Source: Acidimicrobiia bacterium (GTDB lineage: Bacteria > Acidobacteriota > Vicinamibacteria > Vicinamibacterales > CAVVIG01). From it: a stretch of 64,000 nt of DNA. Below are positions 46,641 through 56,474 of this stretch, one piece after another. The notes under the pieces were generated by a model. The model was given only the letters and a program-made list of their open reading frames with translations, was not told the DNA's origin and ran no database searches. The number at the start of each line of letters is the position of its first letter. Within the stretch, counting starts at the first letter, position 1. A program made the translations under genes and the position numbers. The stretch lies in NCBI GenBank assembly GCA_016871175.1, contig VFZL01000014.1, positions 25,032 to 89,031 of the forward strand, read 5' to 3'.

Positions 46641-48761
46641 TCAGTCCGAGTACAGCGTGCGGCCCTCGGAGACCAAGCGTTCGAGCAGCGGAGCCGGCTC
46701 CCAGTGGGTGCCCAGTCGCGATCGGTACTCGCGGACGCGCTCCAAGATCAGCGGAAGGCCGATGGTGTGCGCGTAGAACATCGGACCACCGCGGTGGCGC
46801 GGGAAGCCGAAGCCGTGGCAGTACACGACGTCGATGTCACCCGCACGTTGCGCGAAGCCTTCCTCGAGCACGCGCAGCCCTTCGTTGGCCAGCGCCGTCG
46901 TGATCCGCGACACGATCTCCTGGTCGTCCACGCGCGCACGCGTGATGCCGCGGGCACGAGCCGCGTCTCGCGCAAGCTCTTCGATCACTGGATCCGGAAT
47001 CCGCTCGCGGCTGCCTGGCTCATAGCGATACCACCCGGCGCTGGTCTTCTGCCCGTGGCGGCCGAGCGCGTACAGCACGTCGGGGAGCGGTGAGCGCGGA
47101 CCCTCGGCCCAGCCGAGACCGGCCGCGGCGCGATGTTGCCGAATCCGCGCGCCGACATCGATACCGGCGATGTCTTCCATCGCAAACGGTCCGACGGGCA
47201 GCCCAAAGGCCGTCATGGCACCGTCCACCTGTTGCACCGTGGCGCCTTCTTCGACGAGCAGCAGCGCCTCGCGCAGGTAGTACCCCAGCATGCGGTTCGC
47301 CACGAAGCCGAAGCAGTTGCCGACGATGACAGGCGTCTTGCCGAGGCGTTTGGCGAGCTGGAGCGACGTCGCGAGGACGACGGGGGTCGTGTGGCGCCCG
47401 CGCACGATCTCCAGCAGCGTCATGATGTGCGCGGGGCTGAAGAAATGGTGGCCCACCACCTGGCCTGGGCGTCCGCTGGCTGCGGCGATCACGTCCACGT
47501 CGAGCGTCGAGGTGTTCGTCGCGAGCACGCAGTCCTCGCTCGTCACCTGCGCGAGCTCTGCGAAGGTCCGCTGCTTGAGCGCCTGGTCCTCGAACACCGC
47601 TTCGATGACGATGTCTGCCTCGGCGAAGGCGTCGTAGCCTGTCGTCGGCGTGATGAGCGCGAGGCGCTTGTCCCGTTCGGCGCCATCGAATCGACCCTTT
47701 GCGACTGCCGATTCGTACGTGCGCCGAATGGTCGCGACACCCCGTAGCAGCGCGGCGGCGTCGACCTCCTTGAGCACGACTCGGAGCCCGGCGTTGGCAT
47801 AGGCCATCGCAATGCCTGTCCCCATCGTGCCGGCTCCGACGACCGCGACGACCTGAATGTCGAGCGCGCCCGCCGGCTTCACGTCCGCCGGGAGCTTGGC
47901 GGCGTCGCGTTCGGCGAAGAACAGATGCCGAAGGGCACGGCTCTCCGTCGAGACCACACACTCCGCGAAGAGCTCTCGCTCCCGGATGGAACCGGCCTCG
48001 AACGAGTGGCGCACACACGCCTCGATGGCGTCGACCGCGGCCAGCGGTGCGCGTAGCCCTCGGCTCGCGTTCGCGAGCGCGGCCCGCGTCGACGCGCACG
48101 CGCTCAGCCCGGCTTCCATCGCGCTCGGTGGCAGGGCGATGTCGCGTGTTCGACGGACCGTTCGCGAGGCGGCCTTTGCTGTCGCGGACTGGATGGCCGC
48201 CGCTTTCAGATCGCCGGTCACGACCTCGTCCAGCAAGCCGATCTCCAGTGCGCGACGGGCGTCGATCGACTGGCCATCCGTGCACAGACGGAGCGCCGCC
48301 TCGGTGCCGCACAAACGGGGAAGGCGCTGGGTACCGCCTGCGCCCGGAATGATGCCGAGGAGGACTTCAGGCTGGCCGAGCTTCGCGTCGCGCGTGGCGA
48401 CACGAAAGTGGCACGCCAGGGCGAGCTCGAGGCCGCCGCCCAACGCGTGTCCATGAATCGCGGCGACGAGCGGCTTCGCCGTGTCCTCGATGCGGCGAAG
48501 GAGAGCGTGGATCGCAGCGGATCGCGCCATCGCGTCGGCAGGTGTCCTCAGTGCTTTGAAGATGTGGATGTCGGCGCCGGCCACGAACGTCGCACCCCCG
48601 CCCATCAGGACGATCGCATCGACGGACGAGTTGGACGACGCGTCGATGATGGCCGCTTCGATGGCCTCCCACACGCCTGTGCCCAGCGCGTTGACCGGTG
48701 GGTTCTCGATCGTCAGCACGGCCACTCGCCCGTCGATTTCGGTGCGAACGAAGGTGTTCAT
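46641..48761 (-). CDS. bifunctional enoyl-CoA hydratase / 3-hydroxyacyl-CoA dehydrogenase (FadJ/FadB-like)
   Basis: Start MNTFVRTEIDGRVAVLTIENPPVNAL (ATG 48761, ATGA overlap with the upstream stop). Crotonase fold, then VVGAGTMGTGIA and a HHFFSPAHIMTLLEIV dehydrogenase domain. Confidence 0.9.
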   Translation of the reverse strand: MNTFVRTEIDGRVAVLTIENPPVNALGTGVWEAIEAAIIDASSNSSVDAIVLMGGGATFVAGADIHIFKALRTPADAMARSAAIHALLRRIEDTAKPLVAAIHGHALGGGLELALACHFRVATRDAKLGQPEVLLGIIPGAGGTQRLPRLCGTEAALRLCTDGQSIDARRALEIGLLDEVVTGDLKAAAIQSATAKAASRTVRRTRDIALPPSAMEAGLSACASTRAALANASRGLRAPLAAVDAIEACVRHSFEAGSIRERELFAECVVSTESRALRHLFFAERDAAKLPADVKPAGALDIQVVAVVGAGTMGTGIAMAYANAGLRVVLKEVDAAALLRGVATIRRTYESAVAKGRFDGAERDKRLALITPTTGYDAFAEADIVIEAVFEDQALKQRTFAELAQVTSEDCVLATNTSTLDVDVIAAASGRPGQVVGHHFFSPAHIMTLLEIVRGRHTTPVVLATSLQLAKRLGKTPVIVGNCFGFVANRMLGYYLREALLLVEEGATVQQVDGAMTAFGLPVGPFAMEDIAGIDVGARIRQHRAAAGLGWAEGPRSPLPDVLYALGRHGQKTSAGWYRYEPGSRERIPDPVIEELARDAARARGITRARVDDQEIVSRITTALANEGLRVLEEGFAQRAGDIDVVYCHGFGFPRHRGGPMFYAHTIGLPLILERVREYRSRLGTHWEPAPLLERLVSEGRTLYSD

Positions 48762-49330
48762 CGTTTCGGCTCGACCAGGAGACAGGTCGTGGTGCCGTGC
48801 GCGTAGAGCTTGCCGTGCCGATCCACGATCTTGCCTTCCGCCGTGGCCGTCCGGTTGCCAACGTGAAGGACCGTGGCCTCGCACCGCAGCGGACCGACGT
48901 CGTTGTGTAGCGGCCGGGTGAGGTTGACCTTCAGTTCGAGCGTGGCGAACACCTTGCCCGCCGGCATCATCGAGTTGACGGCGCAGCCCATCGCCGAATC
49001 CAGCAGTGCCGCGGACCAGCCTCCATGGATGACGCCCACACCGTTGTAGTACTCCTCCTTCGGCTCAGCGGTGAAGACGATCCGTCCCGGCGTCGCTTCG
49101 ACAAGTCTGAAGCCGAGCAGTGCAACGAGCGGTGGCGCAGGCAGCTCGCCCGAGGCGAGCCGTTGGAAGAATTCCAATCCGCTCATCACCTCCCGCAGCT
49201 GGCGTCCGCCATGGGCCGCGAGCACCGAATCCGCCCGCAGCGCCCGCGGGCCTTTCGACTGCGACACCCCGTGAGACCGCCGTCGTGTCGTCGGGCGCGT
49301 CGTAGCACGGCGTTTCGGTGGGGAGCTCAT
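48758..49330 (-). CDS. PaaI-family hot-dog thioesterase
   Basis: FFQRLASGELPAPPLVALLGFRLVEATPGRIVFTAEP...GVIHGGWSAALLDSAMG. The basic N-terminal extension is uncertain; the start may be MSGLEFF. Confidence 0.75.
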   Translation of the reverse strand: MSSPPKRRATTRPTTRRRSHGVSQSKGPRALRADSVLAAHGGRQLREVMSGLEFFQRLASGELPAPPLVALLGFRLVEATPGRIVFTAEPKEEYYNGVGVIHGGWSAALLDSAMGCAVNSMMPAGKVFATLELKVNLTRPLHNDVGPLRCEATVLHVGNRTATAEGKIVDRHGKLYAHGTTTCLLVEPKR

Positions 49331-49334
49331 GGCG

Positions 49335-50114
49335 CTACGTCACACTCCATCCACCATCGACGGCGATAGTCTGGCCGGTGATGTAGCTCGACGCATCTGA
49401 CGCCAGAAACACCGCAACACCCATCAGCTCGCCCGTCGCACCCACCCGCGGAATCGGGCTGTGCGTCTTGATGTCGTCTTCCACCAGGGGGATCACAGGG
49501 TCCGCGAGCCGGGAATGGAAGAAGCCGGGGGCGATGGCGTTGACCCGAATGCCTTGCCTGCCCCACGACGCGGCCAGCTCACGCGTCAACCCTATCAGTC
49601 CCGCCTTGCTGGCCGAATACGCCGCATAGTGAGGGCCGTTGACGAGCGAGAAGAGACCGGCGATGGACGCGATGTTGATGATGCGCCCATCCTTGCGGGT
49701 CAGCATGTCGCGCGCCGCGGCCTGCGCAAAAAGGAACGCACCGGTCAAGTTCGTGTCGAGGACCTGCCGCCATTTCTCGACGGCCATCGTTTCCGGCCGC
49801 TCGCCCCAACTGATGCCGGCGTTGTTGACGAGCACGTCGACTTTGCCAAAGGTCGCGATGGTCTTGTCGACAACGGCCTGCACCTGAGGTGGACTGGTGA
49901 CATCGCACGCCATCCCGTCGACCGTGAAGGTGGCGCCGCGCAGTTCCGCGAGCGCGGGCGCGAGCCACGTGTCGCGCCGGGCGCAGATCATCACGCGCGC
50001 GCCGGCCTGAGCGAGACCGTGGGTGATCTCGAGGCCCAGGCCCCGCGATCCCCCCGTGACGATGGCGACACGGCCGGTGAGGTCGAACAGCTCTCGAAGA
50101 GGACGCATGACCAT
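49335..50114 (-). CDS. SDR family oxidoreductase
   Basis: VAIVTGGSRGLGLEI...NNAG...YAAYSASKAG. It ends in a genuine TAG (49335-49337). Confidence 0.9.
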   Translation of the reverse strand: MVMRPLRELFDLTGRVAIVTGGSRGLGLEITHGLAQAGARVMICARRDTWLAPALAELRGATFTVDGMACDVTSPPQVQAVVDKTIATFGKVDVLVNNAGISWGERPETMAVEKWRQVLDTNLTGAFLFAQAAARDMLTRKDGRIINIASIAGLFSLVNGPHYAAYSASKAGLIGLTRELAASWGRQGIRVNAIAPGFFHSRLADPVIPLVEDDIKTHSPIPRVGATGELMGVAVFLASDASSYITGQTIAVDGGWSVT

Positions 50115-50320
50115 GGCTTATAGCACGAGCGGGCCGCCTTCCTCGTCCAGGACCTTGGACTCTCCAGTGTCCGCTTCCTGGTTCGGGAGTGGGCGCCGTC
50201 AGGCGCGCGTCCGTAGGTCGGCGAGGACAGGTCGCCCAGCCATCGTGACGGGAGTCGTGACGAGAAGGGAGGAGGCAGGGTATGAGGCACTAACGTGGCA
50301 CGGCTCGAGCGCGGAGAGAG

Positions 50321-50499
50321 CACCTCCGTGCCGATCCAGTCGCCGGCCGCGATCCGGCGCGCCAGTTGTCGTACGCCTGGGCGTCTCCGAGCAGGACGCT
50401 GAAGAACGGCGCGTCGTGGATCTGCCAGAGGTGGATGAGCCGTGCGAGGAACGCGACGCCGCCAATGATGAGGACAAACGTCAGACGACCACCAGCGTC
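50321..50499 (-). pseudogene. frameshifted N-terminal fragment of a TPR/PMT-like membrane protein (tentative)
   Basis: The minus strand reads GRLTFVLIIGGVAFLARLIHLWQIHDAPFFSVLLGDAQAYDNW, then in another frame ARRIAAGDWIGTEV. No plausible continuation exists before the SDR gene start at 50114. Confidence 0.35.
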
Positions 50500-50510
50500 G
50501 TGGGCGGCGT

Positions 50511-50522
50511 GGGGGGGGGGGG
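50511..50522. repeat. G12/C12 homopolymer tract
   Basis: Twelve consecutive G on the plus strand, in the 575-nt gap between the SDR and redoxin genes. It lies directly upstream (minus sense) of the fragment above. Confidence 0.95.
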
Positions 50523-50688
50523 AGCCTCGACTGGTTCCGCGTCAGGCGGTGCCGTGGGGTCTGTCCGTATGCTAGAATCTCGCTAAAGCCTTGAGACATG
50601 GGGATTTCTCCGCCCTCGTCCGCGAATCGACGCGCGGCATGCGGTTGGCGTTGTCCGAAGCGCCGCCCCCTTTCGGTTGGAGTGAGAG

Positions 50689-51297
50689 ATGGCCAGCTGG
50701 CATCGCGCGCGAATCGTGCCCGCACTCGCGGCGGCGCTCTTGCTGCTGGATCGTCCGATCGCGCTGTCGGCGCGCGAGCCGTCGGTCAAAGTCGAGTCAC
50801 TCGAGGGGCGCACCGTCGAGCCGTTGACGCTTGCACCTGGCGTCAAGGCCGCGGTGTTCGTGTTCGTCAGCGTTGATTGTCCGATCTCGAACCGCTACGC
50901 ACCCGAGGTACGACGCCTGTACCAGGCGTTTCAGGAGAAGGGCGTCCAGTTCACCTTGGTGTACCCGAACCCGGCCGAATCTGTGCCCGCGATCCGCGAA
51001 CATCTCCGGGCTTACGACTATCCAGCCGGCGCTGTCCGCGATCTGAAGCACGCGCTGGTGAAGCACGCGCAGATTTCAGTCACTCCGGAAGTCGCGGTGT
51101 TCACGCCTGATGGGTCGTTGGTCTATCGCGGCCGGATCGACAATCGTTACGTGCGGCTCGGCGTCGAACGGCCGGCCGCCACGCAGCGCGACCTCGCGTC
51201 CGCGCTTGTTGCGGTTCTCGATGGGAAGTCGGTCCGCGAGCCGCGCACGCCGGCCGTGGGCTGTTATGTGGCCGACTTCGCGCGGACAGGCCACTAG
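50689..51297 (+). CDS. thioredoxin-fold redoxin (AhpC/TSA-like) protein
   Basis: Signal peptide, then VFVFVSVDCPISNRYAPEV...VTPEVAVFTPDGSLVYRGRIDN. Confidence 0.8.
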   Translation: MASWHRARIVPALAAALLLLDRPIALSAREPSVKVESLEGRTVEPLTLAPGVKAAVFVFVSVDCPISNRYAPEVRRLYQAFQEKGVQFTLVYPNPAESVPAIREHLRAYDYPAGAVRDLKHALVKHAQISVTPEVAVFTPDGSLVYRGRIDNRYVRLGVERPAATQRDLASALVAVLDGKSVREPRTPAVGCYVADFARTGH

Positions 51298-51325
51298 ACT
51301 CACACGGCTCGCTAGTGGTCAGCCT

Positions 51326-51763
51326 TCAGTTCTTGATCCGCAAGAGCTCGATGTCGAAAACAAGCATGCCGTACGGTGCGCGTTGGCCTCGGTAGGCGAG
51401 CGGTTCGGGGATCCAGAAGCGCGTCTTCTCACCGACGACCATGAGTTGCACCCCTTCGGTCCAGCCCTTGATCACACGGTTCAATGGGAACTCGGCCGGC
51501 AAGCCGCCCGTGAGCGAGCTGTCGAACATTTTTCCGTCCGTGGTCCACCCGGTGTAGTGGACGCGCACCTCGCTGGTCTCGGTCGGGTGCTCCTTGCCCG
51601 TCCCCGGCGTCAGGACCTTGTACGCCAGCCCGCTCTTGGTCTTCTTTGCATCCTTCGGTGGCGCGGCGACGTCGGGTGGTGCCGGAATGGGCGTCTGCGC
51701 CGGAGTCAGTGTTGGCATGGCCAGCAGCGCGGCCACCGCAGCAATCGCGGAGATCAGTCTCAT
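51326..51763 (-). CDS. FKBP-type peptidyl-prolyl cis-trans isomerase (secreted)
   Basis: SGLAYKVLTPGTGKEHPTETSEVRVHYTGWTTDGKMFDSS...VIKGWTEGVQLMVVGEKTRFWIP...LVFDIELL. Confidence 0.9.
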   Translation of the reverse strand: MRLISAIAAVAALLAMPTLTPAQTPIPAPPDVAAPPKDAKKTKSGLAYKVLTPGTGKEHPTETSEVRVHYTGWTTDGKMFDSSLTGGLPAEFPLNRVIKGWTEGVQLMVVGEKTRFWIPEPLAYRGQRAPYGMLVFDIELLRIKN

Positions 51764-51894
51764 ACGGTTCCTTTCGCGCACGTCAATGAGATTTAGGAAT
51801 CTCGCAGGTTCAGCTTACGCTCAAATGCCGTCGATGGCCTTCTCGCTCCTCGCGTCCTTTCGCGACGGGGCCGCTACGGGCCAAGGCCTTCACC

Positions 51895-52228
51895 TCACGC
51901 TTTGGTCGGCTGTACCCTGCCCCGCAGCAGCGCTCCGATGGCCCCCATGACAAGCGTGCTGCCACCGGCGATGCCGAGGTTGCTCAACGGGACATCTCCG
52001 AGCGCGGTCGACACGAGACTCCCGATGACGCCGGCCACGCCACCGGCCAGGCCGCCCGACACCGCTTGACCGCTGGCCGCCCGCCAACCATCCGGTGAAC
52101 AGGCCGATGAGCGTGCCCGCGATGGGGAAGAGTCCCATCTGCTGGAGCGACGGGACGAAGTGGCCCACGACCACCATGGCGATCTGCAGCAACGTCCCGG
52201 TGCCGAGGGCTCCCAAGGGAAGGTTCAT
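51895..52228 (-). pseudogene. small Gly-rich membrane protein, frameshifted
   Basis: The N-terminal frame MNLPLGALGTGTLLQIAMVVVGHFVPSLQQMGLFPIAGTLIGLFTGWLAGG turns Arg-rich after about 52080. Another frame continues plausibly as SGQAVSGGLAGGVAGVIGSLVSTALGDVPLSNLGIAGGSTLVMGAIGALLRGRVQPTKA* (stop 51895-51897). Confidence 0.5.
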
Positions 52229-52341
52229 GGCCTACCTCCTGTGTCGATTGAGCAAGACCGACACGCTTCTGCGAGTGAAGTCTACGCCGACCACGAGCAT
52301 CGATGGCCCTTTCGCGCGTCGCGTCCTTCGCCATAGGGCGA

Positions 52342-53676
52342 CTATCTCGCCTCTCCTATCTCGGCTCGCCTGTTTCCGTCTTCGTTGTCCCGTACGAACC
52401 CATGAATGATGTAGCCCGCCCCGACGAGGACGACCAGCACCATCAGCCACCGCAGGACCATCGCCAGGAACAAGGCGTCAATCACCGGCCAGACGAACTG
52501 GTACTGGGTCAACTGGTCGTAGCGCTCCCACGTCCAATGCCACGCCGTGTGGGCCACTAACGCCGAGAGGACGATGGTGCCGATGCGCTCGGCGACCGCG
52601 AACTGGAAGAACAGCGTGAGCGCCGGCACGAGGAGAGCGACGAGGAGCAGCAGGCCAGCCTCGATGCCGATGTTGAACGCGACCAGCGATGCGAAAACGT
52701 GTCCGCCGGCGAACTGGAGCGTCTGCTGTAAGGGAAACGCAAACGCGAATCCGTGTGCCAGACCGAACGCGAAGGTCATGATCCACCGGCGTTCCAGTCG
52801 AGGTCCCACGATGTTCTCGAGCGCCAGATACAGGATGGATGCCGCCGTCAGCAAGTCGACAAACGTCGGGAACCACAACGCGGCAGGCGTCATGTCATAC
52901 ACCGACGCGAGAATCGTGAGCGTCTGCGCCAACGTGAACGAGGTGACGATGGGGACGAGCGCCCTGAGTCGCCGGAACGGCACCAGCAGCACGAACAGGA
53001 ACAGGAGGTGCTCGGCGCCATCGATGATGTGGAAAAAGCCTTCTTTGACGAAGCGCCAGGCCGCCTCGAACCACCGCGGGTCGAGCAGAATCATCCCGCC
53101 GTCGCCGTGGATCTCGAACACCCGTTCCGGCTGACCCGGCGCGAGGAACCGGATGATGGTTTGCGTTTGGCTGGAAAGCCGAGCGAAGCGCGGGTAGATG
53201 GCGAACCGCGACTGATCCGAGCCGATCGGGAACTCGAACAGGACGTCGATCATCCCTTGGTTCTTGACCAGTCGTGCGTCGTTCGGCAGCCGTTCCCCCG
53301 TCGTTTGTGTGACGGCCGTCTCGTAGGCTTCGAACGCGCGATCGCTCGGTAGCGAGGCGCGCACCGCCGCTACGGTCGGATACGGCAGCGGGACGCCGTT
53401 CTCGGTGACGAAGACGTTGTCACCGAGCCAAAGCGTCGACGCGTCCCGCAGGAACGGGTCGGCGCGCGGCACGTCGAGCAGTCCCTCGATGCCGACGAGC
53501 GGCCAATCGATGTCTGTCATCGCCTCGAGGGGCGCGCGGACGAGCACACGCAAGCGCTGACCTTCGGGCTTGAAGAAGAGCAGAATGCGTACTTCGCTGG
53601 GGATTTCATGGGCACCGACCGGCACGGACCACTGGACGTCGGTCAGTGTGAGGACGACAAACACCAGCAGCGCCAT
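52342..53676 (-). CDS. HupE/UreJ family membrane protein with an N-terminal periplasmic domain
   Basis: C-terminal half FFHIIDGAEHLLFLFVLLVP...FAFGLAHGFAFA...NIGIEAGLL. The start is uncertain (ATG 53676; the track ORF starts at 53796). Confidence 0.7.
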   Translation of the reverse strand: MALLVFVVLTLTDVQWSVPVGAHEIPSEVRILLFFKPEGQRLRVLVRAPLEAMTDIDWPLVGIEGLLDVPRADPFLRDASTLWLGDNVFVTENGVPLPYPTVAAVRASLPSDRAFEAYETAVTQTTGERLPNDARLVKNQGMIDVLFEFPIGSDQSRFAIYPRFARLSSQTQTIIRFLAPGQPERVFEIHGDGGMILLDPRWFEAAWRFVKEGFFHIIDGAEHLLFLFVLLVPFRRLRALVPIVTSFTLAQTLTILASVYDMTPAALWFPTFVDLLTAASILYLALENIVGPRLERRWIMTFAFGLAHGFAFAFPLQQTLQFAGGHVFASLVAFNIGIEAGLLLLVALLVPALTLFFQFAVAERIGTIVLSALVAHTAWHWTWERYDQLTQYQFVWPVIDALFLAMVLRWLMVLVVLVGAGYIIHGFVRDNEDGNRRAEIGEAR

Positions 53677-53880
53677 CGCCGCGCGCGGTCGACGCGGAGG
53701 GACGAGTCCCTGCGGCCCAGGCGGCCGGGTGAGGCCGACCCGCTCGCCCAGCCTGAGACACCCCACAGTGGCGCCCCGATACCTCATGTGCGGCACAAGT
53801 GGTCAGCCTATCGGCAGTCCGCGGGTTCAAGCAAGTCCACCACACCGACGACTCGGGCGCCTGAGGTATACTTCGCGGCC

Positions 53881-55086
53881 ATGACGAGAGTCAGCAGACG
53901 TCGATGGACGATGGCGGCGGTGTGTGTTGCGGCGGTGAGCGCGCTCGGCCTGGCCCAGGCCTACCTCCAGCGTGTAGCGGCTCAGGCCAAAGGCGGGCCC
54001 CAGGCGCCCCGCTTCGAGGTCGATCCGTTCTGGCCGAAACCGCTGCCGAACCACTGGGTGCTCGGCTCGACAATCGGCGTGGATGTCGACGCGAACGACA
54101 ACGTGTGGATCATCCATCGCGGCCGAGCCACGCAGGATCCCAAAGAGATTTACGCGGCGCAGAATCCGCCGATGGCCGAATGCTGTTCGCCGGCGCCGCC
54201 TGTGCTCGCGTTCGATGGGTCCGGGAAGCTGATCCGGTCCTGGGGCGGGCCGGGTGAAGGCTACGAATGGCCGCAGTCGAACCACGGCATCACCGTCCAG
54301 GGCGACGGGACGGTCTGGATTGGTGGCAATGGCGGCAATGACGGTCACGTCGTGAAGTTCACGAGCGACGGGAAGTTCCTCAAGCAGTTCGGTTTCATGT
54401 ACGCGAACGCCGGGAGCACCGACCCATGGGCGTTTCGGCAGGTTGCCAAGATCTTCCTGGACGAGACGGCGAAGGAAGCGTACCTCGCCGACGGCTACGG
54501 GAACCACCGCGTCGCCGTGATCGACATGGACACCGGGAAGATGAAGCGGTTCTGGGGCGCTTATGGCCGGCCTCCGACCGACGAGAACCTCGGGCGGTAC
54601 AACCCGACTGCCCCGCCCGCGCAGCAATTCCGCAATCCGGTCCACTGCGCCGAGGTGTCCAAGGATGGCCTGGTCTACGTGTGCGACCGCCCCAATAACC
54701 GGCTGCAGATCTTCAGCAAGGACGGCAAGTTCCAGAAGGAAGTGATCGTCGCGAAGAACACGCTGGGCGACGGCGCCGTGTGGGAGGTCGAGTTCTCGAA
54801 GGATCCCGCGCAGCGATACCTGTATGTGGCCGATGGTGCGAACCACCACATTTACGTGTACGACCGCGCGTCGATGGAACTGTTGACCCAGTTCGGCGAC
54901 GGCGGCCGCCAGCCCGGCCAGTGGTACGCCGTTCACAGCATCGCTGCGGACTCCAAGGGGAACCTCTACACGACGGAGACCTACGAGGGGAAGCGCGTGC
55001 AGAAGTTCGTCTACAAAGGCCTGGCGCCGGTCACCAAGAAGGACCAGGGGACGGTCTGGCCCGCCACGGCCACGGGGACCAAGTAG
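53881..55086 (+). CDS. NHL-repeat beta-propeller protein, tandem paralog 1
   Basis: MTRVSRRRWTMAAVCVAAVSALGLAQA...QAPRFEVDPFWPKPLPNHWVLGSTIGVDVD...GNLYTTETYEGKRVQKFVYKG. Confidence 0.8.
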   Translation: MTRVSRRRWTMAAVCVAAVSALGLAQAYLQRVAAQAKGGPQAPRFEVDPFWPKPLPNHWVLGSTIGVDVDANDNVWIIHRGRATQDPKEIYAAQNPPMAECCSPAPPVLAFDGSGKLIRSWGGPGEGYEWPQSNHGITVQGDGTVWIGGNGGNDGHVVKFTSDGKFLKQFGFMYANAGSTDPWAFRQVAKIFLDETAKEAYLADGYGNHRVAVIDMDTGKMKRFWGAYGRPPTDENLGRYNPTAPPAQQFRNPVHCAEVSKDGLVYVCDRPNNRLQIFSKDGKFQKEVIVAKNTLGDGAVWEVEFSKDPAQRYLYVADGANHHIYVYDRASMELLTQFGDGGRQPGQWYAVHSIAADSKGNLYTTETYEGKRVQKFVYKGLAPVTKKDQGTVWPATATGTK

Positions 55087-55268
55087 GTTCAAGGGGAACC
55101 CCGGAACCCGTGACACCCGTCGGATTGGGCTTTCCTTTATTGCGTTGCGTGCTTTGGCGTATACTGACGCCCTCGCAGGGGTTGGCTGAGCGTCCGACCA
55201 GGGGGGCGCGGCCACGCGTTCGTCCCGGGGATGAGCGGGATTGTGCTTCGAGGTTGAGGGAGGCGTTT

Positions 55269-56474
55269 ATGAAGGGGAGACGGAACCTGTGCGCGGGGGT
55301 CGTCACACTTGGGCTCCTGGGCGCGCTGGGCGCGGGCCAGCAGTGGCTGGAGACCAAAGCCGTGGCGGCGCAGGGTGGCGGTGGCAAGCAGGCGCCGCGG
55401 TTCGAGGTGGATCCGCTGTGGCCGAAGCCGCTGCCGAATCACTGGCTGCTCGGCAACGCCATCGGCGTGGCAGTCGACACGAAGAATCACGTGTGGGTGG
55501 TCCACCGCAGCTCGGCGACTCTCGGCAACAACGAGAAGGGCCAGGAACTCTCTCCCGCGACGTCGACGCACTGCTGCAAGGGTGCGCCTCCCATTCTCGA
55601 ATTCGATCCGGCCGGCAACGTCGTGGGCTCCTGGGGCGGTCCGGTAGCCGGTGCGCCCTATGAATGGCCCGATTCCAACCACGGCATCGACGTCGAAGCC
55701 GACGGCACCGTGTGGATCGGCGGCAACGGGCCGAAGGACGGTCACGTCCTGAAGTTCACCCGTGAGGGCAAGTTCATCCAGCAGATCGGGAAGAAGGGCG
55801 TCGGCGCCAACAGCAGCGCAACCGACCACTTCTTCCAGGTCGCCAAGGTCTTCGTCGACGAGAGGGGCAACGAGACCTATGTCGCGGACGGGTACGGCAA
55901 CAAGCGCGTGGCGGTGATCGACCGCAAGACCGGCGCGATGAAGCGTTTCTGGGGTGCGTACGGCAACAAGCCCAGCGATGAGAACCTCGGCCGCTACAAT
56001 CCGACCGCGCCGCTCGTCCAGCAGTTCCGCAATCCGGTGCACTGCGCCGAGCTCTCCAACGACAACATCGTCTACGCGTGCGACCGCGTGAACAACCGCA
56101 TCCAGAGCTTCACGAAGGAAGGCAAGTTCCTAAAGGAAGTCCAGATCGAGAAGGAATCCCTCGCCGACGGTTCGGTGTGGGATCTGGTGTTCTCGACCGA
56201 TCCGAAGCAGCAGTTCATCTTCGTGGCGGACGGGCGCAACCAGAAGATCCACGTCTTGGATCGCGCGTCGCTCGAAGTGCTCTATGCGTTCGGCGATGGC
56301 GGGCGGTATCCGGGTCAGTGGTACGGGCTGCACAGCATCGCCGCCGACTCGCAGGGCAACCTCTACACGACCGAAACGTACGAGGGCAAGCGCCTTCAGA
56401 AGTTCGTCAACAAAGGCATGGCCCCGGTGAAGGAACGCTACGTCACCAACGTGCGCCCGACGGGTACTCGCTAA
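55269..56474 (+). CDS. NHL-repeat beta-propeller protein, tandem paralog 2
   Basis: MKGRRNLCAGVVTLGLLGALG...QAPRFEVDPLWPKPLPNHWLLGNAIGVAVD...GNLYTTETYEGKRLQKFVNKG. It is collinear with paralog 1 over its full length. Confidence 0.8.
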   Translation: MKGRRNLCAGVVTLGLLGALGAGQQWLETKAVAAQGGGGKQAPRFEVDPLWPKPLPNHWLLGNAIGVAVDTKNHVWVVHRSSATLGNNEKGQELSPATSTHCCKGAPPILEFDPAGNVVGSWGGPVAGAPYEWPDSNHGIDVEADGTVWIGGNGPKDGHVLKFTREGKFIQQIGKKGVGANSSATDHFFQVAKVFVDERGNETYVADGYGNKRVAVIDRKTGAMKRFWGAYGNKPSDENLGRYNPTAPLVQQFRNPVHCAELSNDNIVYACDRVNNRIQSFTKEGKFLKEVQIEKESLADGSVWDLVFSTDPKQQFIFVADGRNQKIHVLDRASLEVLYAFGDGGRYPGQWYGLHSIAADSQGNLYTTETYEGKRLQKFVNKGMAPVKERYVTNVRPTGTR

